From: Dipteris shenzhenensis | Taxonomy: Eukaryota | Assembly: GCA_047967505.1 (NCBI GenBank) | Contig: CM106538.1 | Direction: 5' to 3' (one strand) | Length of the DNA: 64,000 bases | Shown: positions 27,008-39,059 of the stretch, one piece after another | Layout: every line of letters starts with the position of its first letter | Position numbering within the stretch: the first letter of the stretch is position 1 | Notes under the pieces: generated by a model | The model's database searches: none | What the model was told of the DNA's origin: nothing | The model's input: the letters and a program-made list of their open reading frames with translations, nothing else | Program-made: the position numbers and the translations under genes

Positions 27008-27368
27008 GTTTGAATCCTAAGATGTGTATGTAGCTTGTGTTGATCGTTGCAACGCGGATGCCATGGTGAGTGAGGGAGCAAGGGAAGATCTAACAAGCAT
27101 GTGAAATCGAGTGAGCGACTTGTTATTGAAACATTCAATTATAACATGCTCATGCCAATTCGTCCAACTAACAGGACTGCGGATTGACCACAATTGATTG
27201 AATTGTACAAATAAAAAGGGAAAACTCTGACAAGTTGTTACATTTTTAAACCCACATTTACATTTTTCAAAGACATTACAACTTTGGCAATCATAGTGCA
27301 ATCATATGGGTCAATCTCAAAAAAGATATAGCTTATATTCAACAACATGTCTTCATTTCCTCAATGGG

Positions 27369-29100
27369 TCACATTGCCACAACCTTGTTTACATTGAAAC
27401 TATGCATTTTTGTTAAAATTGCTCCCATAGAAGGTCGCTCCTTTGGATCAATCTTGCATAGCAAGTTCCCACAATTAACCAAGAGCTTGATTGCAAGGTT
27501 ACCCTTCACGGAGTTGTTAGTGAGAGCATCTGCAGTATCTATGAGAAAGGTGGCAATTTGCCAAAATAGCCATCCAACGACAAAGCAATCTGTCCCCGGT
27601 ACCCATGCACCCTTGGGATTTGCTCGTGTAGTTGTACAATTATATAATTCTTGTGCTAACCATGGAAATGCCCTAGGAGGAGCAAAAGCCGAGTCTTGCC
27701 GATATCGATTTTTGGTCCAGTGGAGGCTTCTTCCCCAATCAATAATCCCAACTCGGACGGACATGTCATTTGTCGTGAAGTCCAACATGTAGTTGGTAGC
27801 TTGCAGATCGATGTGCACATATTTTTGTTCGTGAACTGCTTTCAAACCATTGGCATTAGCAGCAGCAATGGACACTCCATGATGACAAAATACCCTTGCT
27901 CGCAACCTTGTGAATGGAGAGTTCCTGTCAAAGTGAGCTTCTTCTCTGGGATATGCGGTCTTAACCCATCTCACATATGTCCTGCATCACTGTCGGAGAC
28001 ACATCAACATATCGTGCATACTTCCACCATTAAAAAATGGAGTGACAATGAAGAGCTCTTGGGTGTGTGAGTATGCCAACACTCGATAGACAACTCTATG
28101 GACAACTATCGTCGCTAGCTCATTCTTTGGTGCCAGATGAGCATGGGAATTGTCTCTATTACTCCTCTTGCCAGCATACCATGACTTTGGCCTAAGACCT
28201 GGGACACACACAACCTGTATCTTGGATACCTTTCCTTCTCCTCCCTTGCCCACTGGTTTGTGCAAGGTCAACACTTGCAATGGAAAGTGTACTATGGGGG
28301 AGCACATGTCGGCAAATGCAATACATAGTTCTATTTGTGCTCTCCCTTCAGCTTGGCCTGGGTTAGCATTTGCTTCTAGACCACTAGCCATCTTGGTCTT
28401 ATGGACTAGGGCGCTAGATGTTGCCTTTCTGATGGATCCTTTCTCCTTCTGGTTTTTTCTACGATTAGATATCTGTGATGCCTTGCATTCAGTCATCCAG
28501 AGTGCAAGCTTGAGCTCTCCATTGAAAAGCAAGGCTACATTCTCACCTTCTCTTATAATTCCCATTTTCCTTCTAGATCTACAAACACTCGAGGGATAAA
28601 TTGATCAAGTTTCACTTTAACATTCGACCATGTCATTCGACCATGACCAGGCCAACTCATGTAAATAAGGTCAAGTATTCTGGATATCATTTGATCACGT
28701 AGAGATTTTGAGCTTGCATAGGCTCGAATTTCTTCGTCACTCAATCCTATCACGTCCTCGATTATTGTCTTATGGGAAAGCATCTGAATCTGAGTCTTCA
28801 ACTGCTCTTGCATTGCCATCAAAGATGGGTGTGTAGTGATCTAATGCATGCAACAAGTTCAATAGAAGGATATTTTTAATTTCTAAAATTTACAGAATTT
28901 AACTTACATAAAGGATTATTTCAAACATAAATTACACTATCCCAGTGACTTACCTATCGTATTCATCATTGGGAGGTGAAGACAAGCAAGAACCTTCGAT
29001 GATGCCCACAACCACCAGACACGATCGAGCTCTTGCCAATCAGGATGAGCCACTTGATGATGAAACAAACTAACTACCAATCTTCCTGACTATGACGTGT
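27369..29100 (-). pseudogene. Atypical protein kinase gene (copy 2), near-intact, with N-terminal helical region and one intron
   Basis: GKGGEGKV Gly loop, WYAGK, VTPFFNGGSM, HIDLQATNYML, IIDWG, PWLAQEL, TDCFVVG, DPKERPSM. One in-frame TGA at 27987 and a frameshift near 28560. Intron 28953-28841 (AG|GTAAGT...TAG). 5' end approximate. Confidence 0.85.
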
Positions 29101-30494
29101 AGGCAAAAATCTACCATCAAATAAATCTTGAGCAGCAAAAATTCTACAAAGAAAAGAGCTAACCCACAATTAAGCATATAAAAACATAGGGCCCAAAACA
29201 CTACTACCATGAACACAAACAATACGAAGGAAATGACCCAAGATCATGGTCTAGGGACTCATGGAGTATAACAAACTAGACATAAAGCCCTAACAAACAT
29301 CCCCTAATGATCCATGATTTCTAATTGACAACATGGAGAAGCACACTACTAGATAAAAATCAAGAAAGAATGCCAAGGAATAATGGCTGACTAGTAGTGA
29401 CACTCGAGAGGAAGACTCCCGCTACCAGACCCAGACTAGTCTACTCTGAGAGAACTACGATGGTAGGGATAGCTTCATGATGCAGATGAATGGGCTTTTA
29501 GATGGTTATTTCCTAGCACCCAATTATTCATAGCCTCTTGAGATCAATGGTCTTACTCTTACCATGACCAAGGAAATAAGCCACACTCGATCAAAAGCTT
29601 CTGATTAGAGGCAAGAAGCAAGTAGAGCACAAACTATGTAGCTCACCAAGCAATTCATCTTGGTTGGAACGAACTCAGTGGAGGAAGAGATTTAACCCAA
29701 GTGCTAAGCACTAACTGGCATGTAACACAATGCCATGAGAAAATCTTGAGCAAGACACCAGAACCAGCAACAGGGAGATGAACAATTTTGATTAAAAGGC
29801 ATCAGAATTGCATCATAATGTATTGATGTAGTTAGATGTATATGCCGATGAACATGTCTAACAAGTATGCTTTGATGACAATAAATGGAGCCATAGAATG
29901 CACCGATGTTTGCTGAAGTCACAGTGATTGGCCATTCTATGAATATGTGGCATCACCCTGAGACACTCTGACATGAAGTTGGGGGTAATAAACTTCAGGC
30001 ACCTCTTCACTTCCTACTGCTTTTGACCTGAGTGATAGAGATATTCATCACTAGGAAAGGGACATTAAAAAGAAGCTTTTATACCAAGAGACCACACCAT
30101 ACTATCCTCCCTTATATGAGAATGAAGATGGTAACATCCCAAGTGATGTTGTACTCAAGCATAGGGAGAAGGAAAGGATCAGTGGAGGCCATAATCTCAG
30201 TAAGTTGGTCTGCGCCAAAGAGAAGAGCAATACGTTGTTGAAAGAAGATCTTGTGTCTCAACATGACATGAATTGATATATATCAAGGAGTCTGAAGGGG
30301 CTAATTGGGTCAGATGGGTAGGTTCTGGGGAAACATTGCACCTCCTTCATAGATACCTTTACAATTAGCTCAAAACACTCTACAAACTATCATTAGACAC
30401 AAAGGCATATAACTTTTAGTAGTAGAGACATGATATCAAATATTCAAACACATATCGAGATGTGCCTTGAAATGGGCTTCGCTCTGATATAAGT

Positions 30495-31645
30495 CTCATA
30501 AGAAATAGAGAAGCGGTCAGAAAGATATGGGTAGTTTACTGGGCAGGGGTAAAAATGATCTCCATGATTAGACTTCATCAATGGTCCAAGTCCCATAGAG
30601 GTCACCTAGGAGGGAAGGAAGAGCTCCATTTGTGACTTGGGAAATAGATAAACCATGTATGCGCAATGAGCGGCCAAATAAACAACACTTTTGAGCACTT
30701 TGGAAGAGAAAACAATGGAAAAAGGGAAGAGACACTCAAGAGAGAGAACCTGAAGTGACCTTCATTACCACCAATAGAGTGAGAATCCACTCCAATGCAA
30801 CTCAAAATACTATAAACACAAGGGAGAAGAAGAGGTTTCCTATGTACAAGAGGGAGCGAAAGCTCCAAGACTACTCATAAAGAGAGAATGAACTAGAGAG
30901 AGATGGACTCAAGAGTCTACATAAGAGAATATCTACAAGAGGGAGAGAAGGCTCATGGAAGAGGCTTGAGGAGACTAGGGCTACAGCAACATGAGGCCTA
31001 ATGGCGGTGAACAACGGAGAGGAGGGCTCCTTTTATAGAGATTTTGTCACCCTCCTTCACCCATTTACAATTGTTGCCTATAGATTCCTTTCCCCATCAA
31101 TCACATAAGCCCATATGTCACCATCCATGTTCTTTTTGGCTACTCTTGCCATGTGTCCCATCAAAAGATGCTCAAGACTCTTAATATATTGAGAAAGTAA
31201 AGAGTCTCCCCACATGGAGCCCATAGGGACCCTCTCTTTTCCATATGTCCACATCCTCCTTATTCCACATAGGAATTCTAGAAGGATTCCTCTTGACTCC
31301 ACACTCCTCCACATGCCTTCCACATGCTTGGCATGTGGCCTCTCTTATATTATTGGAACACATGGACATGAGCCCACCTCTTTATATGACTCACTCTTCC
31401 TATTTTTTAAAAACTTCATAATATTCCATACACAAATAATTCTCACCCCATACCAAGGTATTTATCATTCATACATATGGTATTTACAATGATCCATTCC
31501 ACTCATCCTCTCAATCCCATACAATATCTTAGAAAATAGAAATAAGTGAGAGCTGCTAGGCTATCACTTGATACTCAAACTCTTACTAAACATAGAAGAA
31601 AACAATACCATTGCCAAATAAAAAATATCAATTTTTGGCGTCACA
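30495..31645 (-). mobile_element. LTR of the Ty3/gypsy element
   Basis: Starts TGTGACGCC at 31645 directly after PPT GGGGGGGAAAGA (31657-31646). TATA-like CTATAAAAGG at ~31030-31039 on -. Degenerate tRNA-iMet PBS (gctctgatataa on +) at 30481-30492. Left end approximate. Confidence 0.7.
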
Positions 31646-31696
31646 TCTTTCCCCCCCAGCGGATCCTCTCTAGTGATAGAGAGGGTCTGCTAGCCC

Positions 31697-34600
31697 TTAA
31701 GGTGGTTGAGCATAGAAGAATTTAAGGCGATACTCATTGGTGCATCCAAGTATCACCATGCCATCAACATCCTCAAGCTGATAGGTTCCATTTGTGAACT
31801 TTTTGACTTGATATGGTCCCTCCCATTGGCCGATAAACTTTTTGTCTAGCTGCTTGTCCAGACGGCTATTAAATCTCATGACCAAATCTCTTTCTGCAAT
31901 ATCTTTCTTCTTGCATAATTTGGTGTCAAAACGGGCCTTGCGCCTTTTTTGAGAAGCTTCCAAGTTTTGTAAGGCCTGTAATTTGCATTCATCCACGGCT
32001 TCTAGCTGTACCAAGCATTGAGCATACGCATTCTCATGTCCTTCTTTTCTTGCAATAGTAGTGTGAAGACTATGTATCTCCAATTCAATGGGCAAAATGG
32101 CTTCTATTCCATACACTAGTTGGAATGGTGTAAACCCAATAGCTAGCTTGTGTGTGCCTCTATAAGCCCATAAATCTTCTGCCAAGTGCCTATCCCAATG
32201 TCTTTTCTTGGTGTCTACAAGCTTTCCCATTGAATTGCACAACAATTCATTTGTTTTCTTTGCCAAGCCATTACATTGGGGATAGTATGGCGTGGACATG
32301 CTATGAAGCTTATGCACCCCATCTTCAATTAGTTCATTTCGAAAAGAGGTTCCTCCATCAATGAGAATTTCCAAAGGACAGCCAAAGCATGAACAAATTT
32401 GATCAAAGAGAAATTTTGCAACTGTGCTTGCCTTGCTTCTGACTGTGGCCTTGGCCTTTGCCCACCAAGTTGCATAATCTGTGGCCACCAATAAATAATG
32501 CTTGCCCTGAGATGAGTGAGAGAGTGATCCCACAAAGTCCAACCCCCACCTCTCAAATGGTCCATATGTTGGAATAGGCTTCAAGGGCCAGGAATCAATT
32601 GTTGCCTTCCAAACTTTTAGCATACTTTACAACTTTGACACCATTCATATATATCCTTATGGAGGCATGGCCAAAAGTAACCTGCATTAAGAATTCTCCT
32701 AGCTGTGCTCGCTGAAGTATAATGACCGGAGCATTCATGACACATTTCTAGGATTCTCCTAGTCTCCATGGGATGGACCACCTGACGGAGCACCTTATCT
32801 TTTCCCAATTTATAAAGAATGTCATCAACAAGGGACAAGCCTTCCTTATTAATCTCTGCTTCTGTTGTGGAGTTAACCCTCGAGGAAACATGCCTTCTTC
32901 CACATATTATTGAACATCTTGCAGTTCTGGCCATCCAGTGTCTACCAAAGAAACCACCCCCCAGTCTTGTACTATAATGGCTTGAATCATCTGCCCTTTG
33001 ATTTTATTTTATGTTTATATGAACAAACTTGCAAAAATCAAACTGACTACATAGTGCCATAGCCTTTTGATTAAGCTCCTTCAAATGAGGACTTCTTGTC
33101 TTGTAATGGCCTTGCATTTGCTTTATAATAAGCTGAGAATCTCCTCTTACGTCCAATTCTTTAACTTGACTTTGAAGACAACCCTCCAAACCAAGAATCA
33201 AGGCATTATACTCAGCTGCATTATTAGTTGTGATACTTGGAAGCTCTTATCCTCTTGCCCACACCTCTTGACCTTCAGAATTCATCAAGATTATCCCCCC
33301 AGCTCCTTGTTGGCGTGAAGGACTAAAAGCCCTATCAAAATACAAGACAAAAGCTATTGGTGGTGTCTCCCTTTCATCATTAATGTCCTCCTTATAATTC
33401 TTTGTTTCTCTTAGATCCTGCCATCCTATGAGAAAATCTGCCATAGTGGACCTAGTGGTATTTTCAGTGACAAAAGAGAAAGAGTACTCTTGAAGCTCTG
33501 ACAACCATTTTGCAAATCTCCTCCCAAGATTAGGCTTGCAAACTAGATATGCTAATATAGACAAAGAGGTAAGGAAAAAAAATGGCCGAGATAATAAGTA
33601 GGAGCAAAACTTTCTGACTGAAAACACCAAAGAGAGGGCTTCCTGCTCCATTTCTTCATACCTTGTTTCCACCTCTGTAAACTGTCTACCTACCTACCTC
33701 TCCTTTTTGTAGCAATATAGCACCAACTGAATGCAAAGATACACTTGGATTTACATAAAAGTCTTGAGACTAATCAGGGGGCTTCAATATTAGGCCCTTA
33801 CTCATGGCCTCCTTAAGTTGTTGAAAAGACTCTTGTTGCTTCACACCCCATTGAAAAGAAACTCCTTTTCTTGTCAACAAGTTCATGGGATGCACTATCT
33901 TTGAGAAATCATCACAAAAGCGTTGATAATACTTGCTTTTTCCTACAATTCTGCGAACACCAGTGACACTCTCAGGACTTGTTGGCAATGCCATGATTGC
34001 TTGAACCTTGTCAGGATCCATTTGTAGGCCTTCTTTAGACACAATATGCCCTAGCAAGACTACTTTTATTTGAGCCAAATGACCTTGCTAGGATTTAGAC
34101 ACCCTTTTGCTTCATCAATCCTAGCTAAGGCCATCTTTAACTTCTTCATGTGATCTATGCGTTGAGAATAAATGCAAAAATCATCCAAAAACACCCTTAT
34201 GAACTTTCCCAAGTAAGGCTCAAGGACTTGACTCATGAACCTTTGAAATGTAGCTGGTGCATTAGTCAACCCGAAAGGTGTGACTCTATATGAAAAAACT
34301 CCCCAAGGTGTGATAAATGATGTCTTCTTTTGATCTTCCTCCCGAATGCAAATTTGAAAGTACCCTAAATACCCATCACATATAGAATACATCTCATGCC
34401 TTGCTACTTGGTCTAGTATTTCATCTTGGAATGGCAAAGGAAAGTGATCCCTCTTAGTGCATGCATTCAAAGGATGAAAGTCCACACAAACCTGCCACTT
34501 ATTTCCTTTCTTTGGTGTGACAGCTATAGGAGATATCCATTCTGAATCATCAATAGGAAAGATGAATCCCACCTCAAGTAGTTGTGTTACCTCTTTCTTT

Positions 34601-35140
34601 AGTGCCTCAGCTTGGATCATCCACAATCGCCTCAAGCATTGCACAATTGGCTTGCTTTCTGGCTTCAACTCAATCTTGTGCTTCACAAGAGAGACTGGTC
34701 GAACCTGTGAATAGCTTGTTGCAAAGAGATATGGAAAATCATCTAACATATCCAAGGACTTGAGCTTCTCACAACCTGCTGATAGAGAATCACCAAGAAG
34801 GTCTTCATTGTGTTGGCATTCTTTAGTGTGCTCCACATCCTCCACATGAAGTGTCTCTATAGGATCTTCTTGCACCACCACCTTGTTCCTTCCTGACTCG
34901 TCCCGATCAACACCAAGACAAAGACCAAAGGCCACTCCTTCCACCTCACCCTCTGAGCTAGAATCTTCGGAGCTATGCCCTGTCTCTTCTTCTTCATCGG
35001 TTAATAAGTCAGAGCTCGAACTCTCTTGGGTAGGTTCCGAGGAAACATTGCACCTCCTTCATAGATACAAGCTGGAGGCATGTGTATCAGTATGCTTTGA
35101 TGGTGAACGTTTTTTTGTGAGATGTATTTGTGTTTCATAG
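31697..35140 (-). mobile_element. Ty3/gypsy non-chromovirus (Athila/Tat-type) pol: RT - RNase H - additional archaeal-type RNase H - integrase; decayed, gag missing
   Basis: RT: WISPIAVTPKK, DHFPLPF, PFGLTNAPATFQR, VFLDDF. RH: EQEALSLVFSVRKF. aRH: VLYFD, TNNAAEY, RGDSQLIIKQMQG. INT: CHECSGH, YFWP, WGLDFVG, YYPQCNG, FTPFQLVYG, WEGPY. Confidence 0.95.
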
Positions 35141-35199
35141 TGGAGAGACAAACCTGGTGGGCTCAAACTTTTGGATGTGCTATTTTCATGTATGCAAAA

Positions 35200-35640
35200 G
35201 TGGCAAGCCAGGATATGAGCCATTTGTGGGGCAAGTCCTAGGATTGGGCCTTGATAAATGATCTGGATGCATCAATGTATGGGGAGTTCTAGTTGGATCA
35301 AAAGTGGCCAGAGGAAGTGTACAAGAAGTGCTCGCTATTCTTGGATTACCCTGAAGGGGAGCACCCACGAGAGGAGAAAGAAATGTACATGATGTACAAC
35401 AAACTATGGGGGCCCAAAGAACCACAAAAGCTTGCAATGATGGTATGTACAAACTCAAGTGTCCCCAAAATATTTATCTTCCAGGTTATTTTATGTACTT
35501 ACAAAGGAATCTATGCTATTGGAAAGTGAAGAAATCAAGGTCAAGGCACTTGCATCTACCAGAGTGGGCAACAAAGTGGCGATTGAAAGAACGAGGGGCC
35601 AGAAAATAGATCAAGAGGCCAGATAAACCCGATAGACTTG
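35200..35640 (+). pseudogene. Frameshifted hypothetical accessory ORF
   Basis: ORFs 35293-35529 and 35406-35609 join into one protein-like reading (DQKWPEEVYKKC...IYLPGYFMYLQRNLCYWK). Confidence 0.3.
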
Positions 35641-36030
35641 GACAATCCTGCACCTAAAGGTACAAGACAATATTGTGACAAAAATCGAGATGTTGTTTTT
35701 TATTTTTAAAAGGGCCTCAAATAATTGGCAAAGTATTAGCTTCAGCAAAAATAGAGCCACTAGTTACACAACTTGGAAGCACTCGAACAGGAGCTGCAGG
35801 GGTAGAAGCTCAATGTGGAGATCAAGGTGAGGAGGATCTTCATGTGAAAGAATTCCTAGACACAACTAGGCAGTAACGAATTACTGACACAAAGTAGTCA
35901 AGTGGGACTGCTGCCAATTAGCCCTCAATCCACTAGTGTAGGTGGGTGTATACAACTGCATCCACACGTCCAACCCAAACAGGCAAGTAGCATGCTCCTT
36001 TGTTTTTTAATTATTGTCCTAAACAACATT

Positions 36031-36875
36031 CTAAAACATAATTTTCATTAGCTTCTGTAGCCATAGTTGACGTGGCCACAATTGCAAACATACAAGCATC
36101 AGGTGGACACAAAGAGAACGAGGAGGACCTACCAAGAGAGTATGAACAATCCACGTGTAAGTAGGGTCAGAAGCAACAGATCCATGGAAATCAATAATTC
36201 GTTGTTGAGGCACTTGTAATAATGAGTTTCTTGAACACGGCTAGGGCAAGGAGGTCCAAGAGAGGCATCTTGATGTTGCATGTGAGATGTCTATGTGCAT
36301 GGAGACATCCACCAAGTACATTCCACCAAAACGACAGGTTGTTCTATGCAATCCATTCCAGGTAGGAAGTTCGCTATGGAACGAGTGGAATTATGAGAAC
36401 TTCAACTAGTTATTAGAGCCTTTGGAGGAGGTGAACCATAGATAGCTTATGCAAAATCATGGTGGTTCACCTCCCTGATGCATCACTGATACTTCGACTA
36501 GGGGATGCCATTAAGTGGTGGAACAGATTTGGAGCGAATGCTTGCAATGCATTCGATCTTGCAAATCCAGTGCTTGCAGACAATGGTGTCCTTATATTCA
36601 CAAGGATAATGAAAGGATTGGAGGCCCTTCTCATAAAGATTGGGGAGGATATGCATCTGCATGAAGCAACAAGATGCCAACAGTGGATATTTTTTTTGTT
36701 CGCAGGTGGTGCACTCAAAAACCACAATATGTGTGTAGGGAAAGAGAGAAGTATGTGTTGTAATCATGAAAGGGTTTTTCAAGACATGATCACATGGTGA
36801 ATTGGGGTCTCCAAAGGGCCCCCAATTGGTGTTTTCTAATTTCAAGGGATTAGTGAGGTATTTAAGGTGTACCAA
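36031..36875 (-). pseudogene. Cys/His-rich hypothetical ORF remnant
   Basis: ECTTCEQ, CKHWICKIECI, downstream YVCNCGHVNY; interrupted by stops. Confidence 0.3.
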
Positions 36876-37229
36876 TGGGAGTGCTCCTTTTTGTGTGGCA
36901 ATGCCATGTTGAGGTGGAGGGTGGGTAGACCTGCAAATAGCCCCTATTAGCTACTCCTCTTACATCGGGGACCACTCAAACCATACCCCCCCCCTCAACC
37001 AATGCTTGACCCTTCTCCCATATGCACCTCCCAAGAGGCAGTGGGCCCTTTTGGGTGAAATTTTCCCCCCTCTCAGCTTGTTACACGCCTACGCCCTCCT
37101 CTTCTCTGGTCCAGCTCCATTCTCCCTCCATTTTTCAAATGTGGGAACTCATTTGGCATCTTCTCTGCCCCCTCTTGCTCTGGTCCATTGTGTTTCTCCC
37201 TCTCCAGCACCTCCTATAGCAGTTTCTCA

Positions 37230-37441
37230 TTCTCTCTCCATTCCTAGCTATAGCACCTCCTACAGCAGCAGCTGGTCATCCCCCTCTGCTCTTTCTTCCT
37301 CCATTCCTAGCTACAGTACCTCCTGTAGTGGCTGCTCATCCCCCTTTGCTCTTTCTCCCTCCATTCCTAGCTACAACACCTCCTAGAGCAGCTGCTCATT
37401 CCCCTCTACTCTTTCTCCCTCCATTCCTAGCTACAGCACCT
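37230..37441. repeat. ~60-63 bp tandem repeat, ~4 units
   Basis: Repeated ctccattcctagctacagcacctc core. Confidence 0.9.
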
Positions 37442-37571
37442 CTTGGAGCTTCTCTCAACCTTCAGTTGCACCCTCTATACCTTCTCCCTCTCTCTCCCTC
37501 TATTGGAGTTGCTCTCTCTCTCCAAGCTGCACTTTCTAGTCCATTATTGGTGTTGTGACCTTTGTACAAGC

Positions 37572-38836
37572 ATGGTGAGGAGACCATACATGTACTCTAT
37601 GTCCCATAGGAGCAAAAATGCACTAGGTGAATGGGTGCTTTGCACCTACAACTTGAATGATTGGATAGTCATGAGAGGATCTACCAAGGGTCCACATAAG
37701 CTTCCCAAGAGCAAAAGAGGTGATCTTTTGCATGAATGGAAGGGCCGCATCATGAAGTTCAAGCTTGGGAAGAAAGGATTGCTTGCAAAGGTGCAACACA
37801 TCTACATGGGGAAAGACATGCACCTTCCTCCGTCAAGCAATCAATTGACAATACCATCGCATTGTAAGTCTGCATTTTGTGTAAGATTTTGAGGTGTAAT
37901 GAGTCAACTTGAAATTGTATTTTGAAATAGAACCAGTGTAATGAGTCAGTGTGAAATTGTATTTTGAAATAGCACTTGTGCATGGCAGATGTATTTCCTT
38001 TAGACTTTGAGGAGTGGGAACTAGTCGAGTGCTTCTTAGGTAAGTTTACTGCCATTCATGAGGATTTAGGAAGGCAAATGCATGTTGGAGAGAAGTCCTC
38101 TGCTTTGAAAGAGAGAAATATCTATTGGTATAATGCCAAGTACATTACTCCAAGGATGGCATCAGGCTATGGCCATCTTCAATGCATTGCAACACCACAA
38201 CTTGAAGACATGGATTGCAGCATGGTGGACACAAGAACAATGCAATCATACAAGGAAGAGATTGCAAAGGATGTGGGCATGGCCATGAAGTTTACATTTG
38301 GCTCTAAATGGGTAAGGTCATCTTGGTTTATGCCTCTTCACATTTTTGTTCTTGTTTTCATAATATCTAGATGCACAGAACAAAAACCACGTGGTCATGC
38401 AAGTGCCTACATGAGAATGCCCTTGAGTAATTGGTTGGGGTGAATAGGGGAAGTAGGTCAGGTGAACAAAAGGGTGATCTATTTCAATGCCATGTATGTA
38501 AGGACAATGTGGTTGTCATGTACCACATCTCCTGCCAAATGTTATATTTTGCTTTCCAATATAGGTGCTGGAAGAAAACAGGTGGCAATTGGCTCCCTCT
38601 TGACTCTAACGATGATGGTAAGTTTATGTATTGGTTCTCATTTAGGAGATGTCAAGAATGTGACTGTCATGTCACAGTGGACTCTCAGGGACATGCAGGA
38701 ACACCTATTGGTCATGGAGGATGGCATGTCTGAGTCCTTTCACTTTACTTTAAATGGTGAAAAGGTAGGAAAGCATGCAGAGAAGCTTGTGCATAGTGCC
38801 ACTTTTATCCCTCCTGCAATATTGAAGATTGTCTAG
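37572..38836 (+). pseudogene. BAH-domain-like gene with possible C-terminal ubiquitin-like region; spliced, decayed
   Basis: ATG 37572; phase-compatible intron 37864-37988. Spliced product TYNLNDWIVMR...WKGRIMKF...KVQHIY...YVFPLDFEEWELVECFLGKFTAIH...IYWYNAKY follows the BAH beta-strand pattern. Frameshift at ~38400-38440. Confidence 0.6.
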
Positions 38837-39059
38837 AAAATGTGAAGTGGAACAATTGTGGATTTTGACATTTTTTAATTAATAGTGGTGCAATTAATTT
38901 TGATGTTTTGTTTCATATCAATGTCAAGTTTTTCCCAAAAAATTTATAATTCTTTTTATTTTTTATATTTAGAAAATTTGGGTATATATAGGTTATAAAG
39001 TTACTTTAGTTTCAAAGTTTTACAATCATAGCCATAGTTCTCCTAGCTACCAAACTACC

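Noticed and set aside
36459-36800. 113-aa + strand ORF as a gene
   Set aside because: No recognisable domain; it overlaps a Cys-rich - strand reading that looks at least as plausible
37230-37441. CRISPR-like array
   Set aside because: Units are whole tandem copies without unique spacers; eukaryotic context and no cas genes
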